Source of the DNA: Lobosporangium transversale
Lineage: Eukaryota
Direction: 5' to 3'
NCBI RefSeq assembly: GCF_002105155.1
Contig: NW_019028988.1
Span: 186,001-250,000 of the forward strand
Length of the DNA: 64,000 bases
Below the pieces are notes generated by a model, which worked only from the letters and a program-made list of their open reading frames with translations, searched no databases and was not told the DNA's origin. The position numbers and the translations under genes are program-made. Below are positions 1 to 11,657 of the stretch, one piece after another. The first letter of the stretch is position 1, and every line of letters begins with the position of its first letter.

Positions 1-3000
1 AGCAGACATCTGATCGCTTCATGAACTTACAACATGGTAAATCTTGTGTTCAAGTCCTTGTTTTCATACTTTGGTATTTTTACCATAGCATTATATTATG
101 GTAGACTTACTAAATGTGGTTGCTGCGCGCTCAAACTGTAATAATTGATATTGGCCAGATCATCAGCGTTTAATCACTGCTCAGAGCGAAATGAAAGGGC
201 GGGTGCTTGAGCGTGTCAACTCTATCAAAAGTCAATGTGCAGAGTTATTCCAGCTTCTTACAGAGACGGCGGATCAAGTCAAGGGAGTCCAAAACAATAT
301 CTGCAGCCTTCAAGGAACTCTTCAGGAGATGAGCACGGATCGAAGTAAGTCCTTGAATCCTGAGGATTAACCAAATGCATAGATACCATAGTTTTCGCAT
401 TGAAATTGACTTTTAGAAGCTGCTAATAAAAACGGCTTGACATAGCCCGTCTTTCGCAGGATTGTAATAACCTTTCTCAGCTACTTGCAGGCATTCAAAC
501 CAACCACATAACAGTGAGACAAGAGTTGATATCCAAGGTACAGCAGCTGGAATCTCGTTACTTTCAAAGCCAAGAGCTTGTCACGAAGAAGTCTGAGGAG
601 ATTGATATATATATTCACAGGTAACACTATTGCTTAAAAACAGACTGACCATGTCAGTATTTTTTCATCTTTGACAGCCATTCCATATTTTATTGGCCCT
701 AATTAGGTGCAAAGACCACGAGCTCATTATACAGCAATTGAGCGGCGAGGTTGCGTCTCAGAGAACAACTTGTATACAACTTTCCACAGATATCGATCAA
801 AAGACGTGTCTAATACGTGAGCTGGAGGAGGCACTGAAGTCCAAAACGGACCTAGTCCAATTATACGCGCATTCCAGGGCCGATGAGCGTGAATTAGCAG
901 ACTCCGAACTTGAAAGATGGAAAACTTGGTATATATATGTGTTGTAACCTGTTATTTTTGCTGCTCTTAATGAGGCTTCATGTGAAAGTGAAAGTTGATA
1001 TATCAATGAAATACTGGTAGGCTCATGAGCGCCCATAATGAGCTGGCACAGGCCAATCATGAGCTCACAAAGGAAAGGCTATTTAATGCTGATATTAAGA
1101 AGTGGTAGGTCCTCTGTGAACGTAGTGGATGATATGGTAAATTTGGCAGCTTTCTCGTGTGACTGATACAGTACGCATTTGAAACTAATTATCTTTAAAC
1201 AAATCGTTAAAAGCACAATAACTAAATCAACAAGTGTGGGCACGAGTGACGACACTATTATTGACTTACATTCATGGGCGAGGCAACTTCAGGATATCAT
1301 TGATAATACAAGAACAATTACAGATGAGCAAGCAAAAACAATAGCATCCCAGAAATCCGAGTTACAAGCCTTGGCGCAAACTAATGCTGCGCTTTCGGAG
1401 CAGATCAACGTACTTCCTACTGAATAGAAACATTGCAGGAGCATGAACTAAAGCCGTAAGCATATGCTAAATCTGTGAACACTTTGTAAACAAATACTTA
1501 GGGGAGTATGGAGTCCAAACTCGCCACGCAGAAACAGTTTGAAAGTCTGCAACAGCGCATCGAGGATCAAAAAGCAAATAACGATCTTCTTTGCCAAAAA
1601 CTGTCAATTATGGAGCAAGAGAATGAAGAGCTTAAGCGTGAGGTAACTATCAACAAAAGCTGGAGCCAGCTAATTGCCATCTTTTTTTTTTTTTTTTTTT
1701 TTTTTTGCAAGAGCGAGTCTTTACTCAAGTAAACACCTAGAATGCTATGAGGATTGGTTTGCTAGTTCATGAGCATACTGAAAAACTCGAGACAACGCAC
1801 AAAAATGAAGCAACTGCCAACAATGATAAGATAGAGGTATAGAATGTTCTCCATATGATCATGAGATTAGTTTTGGGTCAGATACTTACTGTAATCATTT
1901 CCATATCTTTACTACAATCCAGGATCTCGAGAAGAAGCTAAAGGACATTATGGATGAGCGCGAAAAGTTTGTTAGTGATTGCAGATTGCAGCAGCCCTCT
2001 TGAAGCCCGTTAAGATAGAGATATCCGAAACGCTAACCAATTTATATTGCTCGTTGCTTAGATCGATGAACATCGCGGAGCAGTTGAGCAACTCGCAAGC
2101 AAAGTAGGAAATTCAGAACCAAAGCAGTTTACAAGGACGGGAAAAAGGCTAACTTGATACTAATCTAGGATCAATGCTTCTTCCTTAATGTTTGTGTAGG
2201 AGATGGAGTTGATCATATCTAATTCCAAGATTGAAATAATAGAAGCAGAGCACCTGGAACAGCACCAACAGATGATGAAAGACAATCAAGAAAAACAAAA
2301 ACGAATTAGCACCTTGGAGAAAGAAATCCAACAGATGCAAAATGCTTTCAGCAGGTCAACTCGTCGGGGAGATACAGGGGCGCATCCAGTTCTGGACGGA
2401 TCAGAATTGTTTAGTAGTGTTGCACAGGCTCACAGCGGACACTTAGGATCAGGCTTTTGCACTGGATCTTTGCAATGGCCGATGGACCAATCCATAACGT
2501 CGACAGTACGTGATAAGTAAGAGATGTGTACCACTGTATATCCTGGTCATACTAAGCTTTAGCTTTAATCAAACAGCTTTGTCCATATTGTCTCATCACA
2601 AATTTATTAGCCTCAAACTACCGAGGACCAGTATCATCATACTGTGAAGCCTGGGCATGAAGCTACAGAGGCTATACTTGAGGACAAATCTAGTAAAAAG
2701 CGTAAGGTAAGGATGCCCGTAAGGCTAAGTGGGACACAAGGTCTATTGTGAGAGTTTTTCGGAGGCTATTGTTCCGACCATTTTGAGCGTTCCATCCGAT
2801 AGAATGTCGAAGAAAGTAAAGAAGTCGCGTTGCAAGGAATTACACGTAAAAGCAGCTTCTTGGATCAAAGCAGAAACCATGCGGGAGCAACCACCGAGGC
2901 GCCAGTCCAACAAGTAGAAGGAAAGAGCGAGGATGGTACTGAATATCAGAGCCGTGGCGATCACGATGGTGGTAATGATGATGATGATTTTATTCCCTAT

Positions 3001-3171
3001 CGCACAAAAATAGCGAAGTTACAAAGCGGAAGAGACCAACCTGGCGGAAGCGACTTGGCGGACTCAAAAGCAGTGAGAGGAAGAGGAAGGGGAAGAGGAA
3101 GGGGAAGAGGAGGAGGGGGAAGAGGAAGGGGAAGGGGAACCAGAGGAAGAAGCGCCTCTTATGGATTATAA
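1..3171 (+). CDS. Partial (5' end probably outside window) multi-exon coiled-coil protein with C-terminal Arg-Gly repeat tail; function unknown
   Basis: Short E/Q/K/L-rich exons join in frame across GT-AG introns (e.g. CACAG|gtaac..ttag|GTGC, ACTTG|gtatat..gtag|GCTC). Last exon ends RGRGRGRGRGRGGGGRGRGRGTRGRSASYGL* at 3171, with AATAAA near 3216. Confidence 0.7.
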
Positions 3172-3286
3172 ATCACGTGATAACTATTTCTAATAGAGGT
3201 TCCTGAGGCATTTTAAATAAACTAGCATCAAGAAGTTTTTATATCTCTTTCTTTAGTCTTTCGAGTGCTTAAATACATCGCCCATC

Positions 3287-4979
3287 ATGGCTGGAAGATT
3301 GCAATGCCGCATGTACGCCAACAAGTTTCCCGAAGGTACGACAAATGCAAGTTATGAGACACTTGAGCTCATTTGTCCTCGTTCGTATGATCAATGATCA
3401 CAATGATCAATTGGCCAAGAGCATAGGGAAGAATAAAGAATTGCGTGTTTGTAACTAAACAAGAAACTGAATCTTCATTTCTCTCTCTCTAAAAAAAAGT
3501 GGATGACTTGGTTATGGTTAACGTTCGTCAGATTGCTGAGATGGGTGCTTATGTCCAACTTCTCGAGTATGACAATATTGAGGGAATGATTCTCCTGAGC
3601 GAGTTGTCCAGACGTCGTATTCGCTCGATCCAGAAACTTATCCGTGTTGGCAAGAACGAGGTTGTTGTCGTCCTCAGAGTTGACAAAGAGAAAGGTAATA
3701 AATAATTGTGGTTGGTTGTTATTTTGCTTGAGATATTGGGATATAAGTGAGTGTATTTAGGCTAGGCGTATATTTCCTTGAAAACTGTAATTATTTGTTG
3801 GAGTTTTACAGAATCATAAGCAAGAATTGAGACAAAGAAAAATAACCTCTCAACCGCAGGATGGATGATATATACTTAAAAAAAAAAAAGATAGTATTGG
3901 ACGTGCCCGAGGTTCAGGATCGCATCTCATTACATACTTTAGCAGCCAGAAATTGCACCGAGAATTGAAATACCCAGCGGGAGTTAAAGACATGGGAGCA
4001 GAGCAGGAATTAAGAAATTAGCGCCTCATAAAACTTATAACCTTGCTCACTCTAGGCTATATTGATCTTTCCAAGCGTCGTGTTTCAGCCACGGATATCA
4101 TTAAGTGCGAGGAACGTTATAACAAATCTAAGGCTGTGCACTCTATTATGTCAACCGTTGCTAAAAAAGAAAACAAGGACCTGGAGGCTCTGTACGAACA
4201 ATTAGCTTGGCCTCTCTATGCCAAGTATGGTCATGCCTACGATGCCTTCAAGGTTGCCCTTAAGTAAGTAGATCCAAACACTACTTTTTTCTTTATTTAT
4301 TCTATTTCGAGATCAGCGTTTATATACATAGGATGACATATGTGGGTTATAAAATTACTCCGTTCATTTACCCTTTGCTAATATTGCTGTTGATCTTGTT
4401 TATGTAGCGAGCCAGAGAAGGTCTTTGAAGGATTGGAGATCGCTGAGAGCACAAAGGAGGAGCTTTTGAACAACATTAAACGTCGTTTGACTCCACAGCC
4501 GATCAAAATCCGCGCAGATATTGAGGTGACCTGCTTTGACTATGAGGGTATTGATGCAATCAAAACTGCATTCAAGGAAGCTGAGGCTGTCTCATTGGCC
4601 GATGTACCGATCCGCGTCAAGTTGGTGGCGCCACCTTTGTATGTCATGATCACCAACGCGTTAGACAAGCAGCTTGGCATTGATACAATGGAGAAGGCTA
4701 TCGCAGTTTTGGAAGAAAGCATCAAGAAGGCCAACGGCAACATGGTCACGAAGATGAGTGTAGGTTTTTTTTTCTATCCTTCTACTTTCCACAAAAAAAA
4801 AAAAATTCTAATGGATCATCTTTTTGCTGTCTTTATATATATATATATCTATATAGCCCAAGGCCGTCACTGAGGCAGATGATATGGAACTCGATCAGTT
4901 GTTGGCGAGAATTGATAAAGAAAATGCGGAAGTATCGGGCGATGATGATAACTCGGATTCCGATGCAGATGTTGCTTAA
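3287..4979 (+). CDS. SUI2: Translation initiation factor eIF2 subunit alpha, 5 exons
   Basis: Spliced product [53 protein letters not shown] (Ser51-equivalent motif)..[18 protein letters not shown]..acidic tail [15 protein letters not shown] at 3287, TAA at 4977-4979. Confidence 0.97.
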
Positions 4980-5000
4980 ATTAAACATTGAAAATAAACC

Positions 5001-5049
<49 letters not shown>

Positions 5050-5949
5050 TTTTCAGTTCATGAAAGAGAGGTCGAAGGCAAATCAAGATATATATATATT
5101 TAAAACGTTTATATACATGTACATGTTTGTGTGGAGACAAAAGAAGAAAAGTCCATCATTGATGCATGTGAGCTTTGGTTTTTTGGAATTGCACAGTACA
5201 TGCACATTTCACAAGACAAGCTGTGGGAGGAGAGATAAAGAGGGTAACCTTATTTTTTATTTTTTATTTCTTTTTTCTTTCGCGTAACGATCAATGCGTT
5301 ATCTGGCGAAGCAATAGGTGCCTTCTTTGTTACTTACTCAGTCCACTGTTCGGATATCTTGCTAATCATAGACAGGTCGACAGATAGAGAAAAAGGTTGG
5401 TAGACGGGCAGAACAGGTAATCAAGTAAACAGGTAAACAAAATTAGGGAGGTAAGAGACAGGGAGGCGAGGCAGAGAAACAAGAAGATGGATTGATTTAA
5501 TTGAAATGGTTGTCATTTCGTAATTTTGCAACAGAACCACTAAGCTGTTTTGATTTAAAATGCATGGCCCAGACTTCAAACTACTCTCATGCTCTCGTGC
5601 TAACCAAACGAAGCTGGCAGACTTTTTTTTTTCTTTTTCTGACATATTTATTATTCTCTTTTTTATCATCTTTCGTTCTTCATCCCTTTCTTATATACTC
5701 CATTCATTTCTCTACCTTACAATTACTAGTTCAATATCAACTCGAAATTTGGATCTTTTTTTCAATTTCTTTGTAACACCTCAACACCTCTCTTGGTTGT
5801 GTTTGTACCTTTACAAAGGCAACAAAGATCATCTCTTTCTCTCATCCTCTCCATGTGTGGTTGATGACAAATAACCTATATTTTCCAATCATATCATTTA
5901 CTGTACAGTTTTTCTCTTTGACAGTTTTTTCCCCTCATATTCTTTAACC

Positions 5950-8900
5950 ATGAACCGAGCGCGCCGTGAATCTCTCAACTGTCTCAATGCAGACAAAGAG
6001 GCACTTGAATTTTTTGCCTGCCAGGAGCAGACCCGTCCATCACCGGAAATCAGCTCACTTGAGAAATTAGCTGGTGGCAGTGGTCGATCTGGTAGGCTTC
6101 GATCCAAGTCACTAGCCTTTGGTCTTTCATGGGCGCAGGCCATGAATGGTCGTGCTGTCGATCCCTCAGAGATGTTTGGCATTCTTAATACGAATGAGAG
6201 CAACCGACAGGGGTCATGGGCCGCTTCACCAGGAGCAGGAACAGGATCGGGATCAGGCAGCGCTGGTAATAGAATAAGCGGTGGAAATGACGATGGAAGC
6301 GACGATGCAGATGATGAAGAGCAGCATAGATTACACCACCATGGATCGCTGTTGAATAGTGGCGTGGGAGGCGGAGGAGGCAGCAGTGGTAGCAGTGTTG
6401 GTGGACCTGCACTGGTCTTGGATAACACAGGCAAAAACACCACTATTGATATAAAGGCCGGAATGATGGGTCCACCACCGCCCACCCTTGGACTCAGTCC
6501 CATGGATACGCCCAGACTCCAGACATGGGAATCAACGCTGGAGCGTTCGATTCGTTCGATTGTGTCGATTACTGCTAATCATGTCAGGAGTTTTGATACG
6601 GAAACATCTGGTAACGTCTATCACTTTCTCACCTTTTTTTTTTTTTTTTATCTATTCCCAAGCCAAGCTTCTAGTGCGATTGGTTGGGTCAATGCAAAAA
6701 AAAAAAATTTACAGTACAAAAATTTAGCACCGAACTATATTGGGATAACAACCCGCATCATGAAAGGATATGCACGTACAGTCTGCATGTACTCCACTTC
6801 TGAGCTGATGATGATATCGGGCTTTTGGTTCATCACTCAATTTTTGGTGTCTAAAATAGCTTTCCTCCTTTGAATCGCATCACATTGATGACACTGTCTT
6901 ACCTTCATTCTGGGCTTACTTCCTTTTTTTGCTTGTGAGATGCATTCTTACTAACCTACGCTTCATCTGGCTCCTCTTGCGGGTACAATGTACAATATGA
7001 TGACTACAAAAAACTAATTAGGCGCCTATTCCGCTACGGGGTTCCTCGTTGATGCAAAGCGCGGCATTATCCTCACCAACCGCCATGTGGTTTCACCCGC
7101 TCCTATCCTTGCTCTCGCTATCCTATCCAATTATGAGGAAGTTGAACTCAAACCGATCTACCGCGATCCCGTCCATGATTTTGGTTTTATGCAGTTTGAT
7201 ATTACCAAAGTCCGATTCATGCAGCTAGAAGAAATTCCGCTCAGCCCCGAGCGTGCCCGTGTTGGCCTGGAAATCCGTGTGGTGGGGAATGATGCTGGTG
7301 AAAAGCTTTCCATTTTAGCAGGAACTCTGGCTCGTCTGGATCGACCAGCACCTGATTATGGTCAAGGAGAATACAATGATTTCAACACATTTTATCTTCA
7401 GGCTGCTTCTTCAACCAGTGGTGGGTCCTCAGGAAGTCCTGTCCTTGACATTGAAGGCCATGCTGTGGCATTAAATGCTGGAGGTGCCAGCAAAGCTTCA
7501 GCTTCTTATTACTTGCCTTTGGACAGAGTCAAGCGTGCACTCAAGTTCATTCAGGAAGGACAGCAAGTACCTCGTGGTACTTTACAGACAGATTTTGAGT
7601 ATTTCCCATATGATGAGCTGCGGCGCCTGGGTCTCAAGATTTCAATGGAAAAACAGATCCGACAGCACTTCCCTAACGAGACTGGAATGTTGGTCGTCAA
7701 GACCGTGTTACCCAAAGGTCCTGCGGCAGATCATCTCATCCCTGGAGACATTGTGATTAAATGCAATGATGAGCCTATTGCCAACTTTATTCAACTCTTC
7801 TCCGTGATTGATGACTCTGTGGGTCAAAAGATCACACTCACTGTTGTGCGTGGATCCAACTCTCAGCTGCTGACTTTCACCTTAACAGTTCAGGATTTGC
7901 ATTCGATCACGCCTGATCGTTTCGTGGAGGTCGGAGGTGGTGTTGTGAACGAATTATCTTATCAGCTAGCTCATTCATATGGTCAGCCATGTGGAGGAGT
8001 TTACGTGGCGACTTCGGGTCATATGTTGGCTTCTGCCAGCGCATGGCGTAAGAGTGTTATTGTTGCAGTCAACAACATCCCAACGCCTAATCTGGATGCA
8101 TTTATTCATGCTATTTCAACTTTGCCTGATGGTGCTCGTGTCCCGATTCGATTCTATACTTTGCAAAAGGCCTTCAAAGAGAAGATCATGATTATGCATG
8201 TGGATCGTCACTGGCACAAGTGTCGCGTTGCTGTGCGTAATGGTGAGTGATTTTCTCCTAATTTTGAATCATTCAATTTATCATCCTCAAACTTAATTGA
8301 TCCGAGGGCTCACATTTAGTTCTGTTTCGTCTAATTTAGACAAGACTGGTCTCTGGGACTTTACGGATTTGCCTCCTCCCCCGCCATCTCCACCATATGC
8401 TCCAGCAACAGCCATTTATCCTACTATTAACCCTGCACTGCATCCTGCACCAGTCTTGATGCCATCCTTTGTCGCCATTGATTTCCATCTTCCCTTCTTG
8501 GTCGACGGCATGAAAGCGACTCAGTTCTATGGTACTGGTTTGGTTGTTTCTACAAATCCACCTTTGGTGGTCTGTGACCGTGACACGATCCCTATCTCAA
8601 TTGGCGATATCTTTATTACATTTGCCAACAGTGTGATTATCCCAGGTCGCCTGGTTTATTTGCACCCACATTACAACTTTGTGGTCTTGACCTATGATGC
8701 AGCGTTGCTGGCAGATACCCCTGTGCGACCTGCGACATTCAGTGATAAGCCTCTGATGCAGGGTGATGAATGCTATCTAGTCGGAGTTGGCACCGATCAG
8801 TCACCAGTTATCAAGAAGACTACGGTCTCGAACGTCGGAAACATTGGTACGCGCGAATGCTCACCGCCTCGTTGGCGTGCTATGAACGTCGAGGGTATCA

Positions 8901-9386
8901 AGATTGATGACCCTATCGGTACTCAGGGAGGTGTCCTCTGTAACAATGAGGGTAAAGTCCAGGCTCTATGGGTGAATTATTCGTCTCAAGATGACAAAGG
9001 AAACGATATCACATTCATGTCTGGCTTGGACATTGCAAGTGTTAAGACAGTGATTGAACCTTTTATGAGAGGCGAATATCCAAAGTTGCGAGCTTTGGAT
9101 GTTGAGTTCTGGACGATGCGTATTGCAGCAGCCCGTTCCCTGGGACTCACAGATGCATGGGTTCAGAGAATTGAGAGCGATCCGAACTCGAAGCACTCAT
9201 TGCTTTATGTGTTGAGCCTGCTGGACACAAGTACACCCTGCAGCCAGATGTTGAAGGTTGGAGACATTGTCCTGGAACTCGGGGGCAAAGTTGCAACTGG
9301 TATGAAGGATCTGGAGCGCGCTCGAAACGTGGACTCTGTTCAGATGGTAATAAACTGCACTTATGCAAGGGTGCTTATCGTTTATT

Positions 9387-9417
<31 letters not shown>

Positions 9418-10265
9418 CTTCATTGCAATTAACCACTCATCCTTTCTTATAATCAACCTAGACTGTGCTCCGTGAAGGCAAGGTGCTCAATTTAACAGTT
9501 CCAACGGTCCCGTTGATGGGCACAGACACGAATCGTATCATTTCTTGGGCTGGTGCATTGATTCAGATGCCCTATAAGGCAGTCCTTGAGCAAGTGTCAA
9601 ACGCTCCCACGGGTGTGTATGTGTCCTGCACACTTTATGGTTCTCCAGCGTCGACGGCCCTGCGGCCAGGGGTTTGGATTACAGAGGTGGATGGCATGCC
9701 TGTTGCAAATCTGGATGAGTTTTTGGATGCGGTTCATCATCATGAGAAAAAGGTTGTTCGATCTCGACAGGGTAGTGTCTGTGAAGTTGGGCTCAAGCGT
9801 TTGTCATTAAACCTCAAGAAGATGACGCAGCAACATCCTCTATCTACTCATTCCGAAGGCACTCAGGGTCATTCAGCTACAAATGTCCTTGGCGGTAACG
9901 CTCCTGCTCCGCCTTCCGTTACTGGTGTAACTGCTGCCCTCAATGGTCTTGGCCTCGGTATTCTGAACTCTGAGTTGGGCTCTTCTAACCCTGATGGAAT
10001 ACATCCAATGGACCTTGGAGGCTCATCAGGCAGCTTTGGAGAGGCTCATTTGTTGGATGAGGATGAGGCGGAAGAACCGTCTCCTACAATGGTACAAGGG
10101 GACGATGCAGCACAATCTCAGGGTTATGTGCGTATCAAGATCCAGGCGCGCAATGGCACGGTATCTGTGATTGCCATGAAACTAGATCCTATCTATTGGA
10201 GTACCACTCAATTGTTACCAGATCCTGACAGTGTCAGTGGTTGGAAGTTGTGCGATGTCATCTAA
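5950..10265 (+). CDS. NMA111: Nma111/Ynm3-type HtrA serine protease (tandem protease-PDZ architecture), 4 exons
   Basis: Catalytic motifs ILTNRHVV, YRDPVHDFGF and STSGGSSGSPV; YNDFNTFYLQAA; a second degenerate protease domain; PDZ-like segments. Exons join in frame (e.g. TCTG|gtaac..ttag|GCGCC). Confidence 0.93.
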
Positions 10266-11132
10266 AGGAAAGAATAGCCCCATATTTATATATTTTGTTT
10301 TTTGTTTATAAACTTTTGGATGTAATCTCAAAAAAATGCACTAGATTCAGGCTAATGGTCGTTACAGAATGAATAAGACATGTCTATATATTAATATGTG
10401 TATACATGAATGATATAGATCATGTGTACTCTTTACTCTTGTTAGCCTTACTAGAGCGCTCGGTTCTCCAGTTTTTTTTTTTTTTTTTTTTTTTACAAAA
10501 AAGAAAAAAAGTGGGTGGAGGAGCCCAGAGGATGACAGGTACAATGATATGATTGGTTAATGCAACCAAAAAAGAGAAAGAAAGAGGCGTGTAGTAGCAC
10601 ATACGCATGACGGGAAGAAAATGGTCAAACTCTTTTCCAACCCCCCTCTTCTTCTCCCAAAGAGCCCCTCCACTTTGGATTGTTATTGGAGTCAAAAACT
10701 GATTCAAGATTTTTTTGTGGAGAAAGAACTAAGAACTGTCATTTACTCACTCTTACTCCAAAGTCCGACAACAAATGAAGGTCGGAGTATCCAACATACA
10801 CATTTGCACAGCATATTCAGCATCATATTCTTTAACCTATTGCACGGCGCATACATTCTTATTTTACAAGATGATTACTTTTCTTTATTTCCTTTGTTTT
10901 TACTTATTCCTAGTTCTCGGAACTGACGAGGAAAAAAAAAAAAAAAAAAAAAGATTTATTTTGTATGTACGAATGTGTTTGTAAAAACTTTTTTTTTTCT
11001 TAGAGTGGAGAGGAAGAGAATGAGAAAGAGGTAAGTGGAATTCCTCAGAAGAGCTTTGGAGAAAGGGACAAACAAGAATATCCAGTATTTTTGTTGTTTG
11101 ATTTTCTTTTTTCTTTTCTTTTCTTTTTTTCT

Positions 11133-11657
11133 TTACGCCGTCTTGGCTTGTTCGGCACGTTCCTTGCGCTGTTGCCAGAACTCAGTGTTGGGAGACCACA
11201 ACTAAAGAATAAAGAAAGACAAGGAGGATGTAAGCTGGGAGGAACAAGAAAGAAAAAAAAAAAAGGGGGGGGGGGGGGCACTGCGCTTCTGAATGATTCA
11301 GGAAAGGAAAAGGTCCTTTTTGATTCCTATCGAGTCTTTACCTTGGCGTTCTCATGAGGTTGAATACGTTGCCATGGCTTTTGAGGAGCAGACTTGTTGA
11401 TGATTACGTCGGGTCCGTTTTTCAAACAATGGCCGATATAGCTATATAAAAGAAAAAGAAGGATGGTAAGACTTGTGGTTCATGATCAAAGCACTTAAGG
11501 ATGTGGAAGAGAATGACTTGGAGAGAGAGAGGAAGAGAAAAAGAGAATTTGCATTTTTTGTAACTTACGCAACGCCAGCAACGATACCAGAACCGCCAAA
11601 GAGGAAGAGAGGAGCCAAAGCAGGGTTGGTCTTGACAAGGTGAACGACGCCAGACAT
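11133..11657 (-). CDS. Small NDUFA4/MLRQ (B12D family) mitochondrial inner-membrane protein, 85 aa, 3 exons; absent from the ORF track
   Basis: Exons 11657-11569, 11441-11342 and 11201-11133 with GT-AG ends give MSGVVHLVKTNPALAPLFLFGGSGIVAGVAYIGHCLKNGPDVIINKSAPQKPWQRIQPHENAKLWSPNTEFWQQRKERAEQAKTA*. The P-x-L-x-P-L start, single TM helix, PDV and PW motifs fit the family. Confidence 0.82.

Noticed and set aside
4988..5874. Many short poly-Phe/poly-Lys ORFs here and throughout the window
   Set aside because: Translations of intronic and intergenic poly(T)/poly(A) tracts; homopolymer lengths may also be imprecise in the assembly
5898..6503. 201-aa antisense ORF, and similar ones at 18283-18726, 25581-26051, 35747-36229, 45077-45619 and 51061-51474
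   Set aside because: Shadows of real genes on the opposite strand, with no independent motifs
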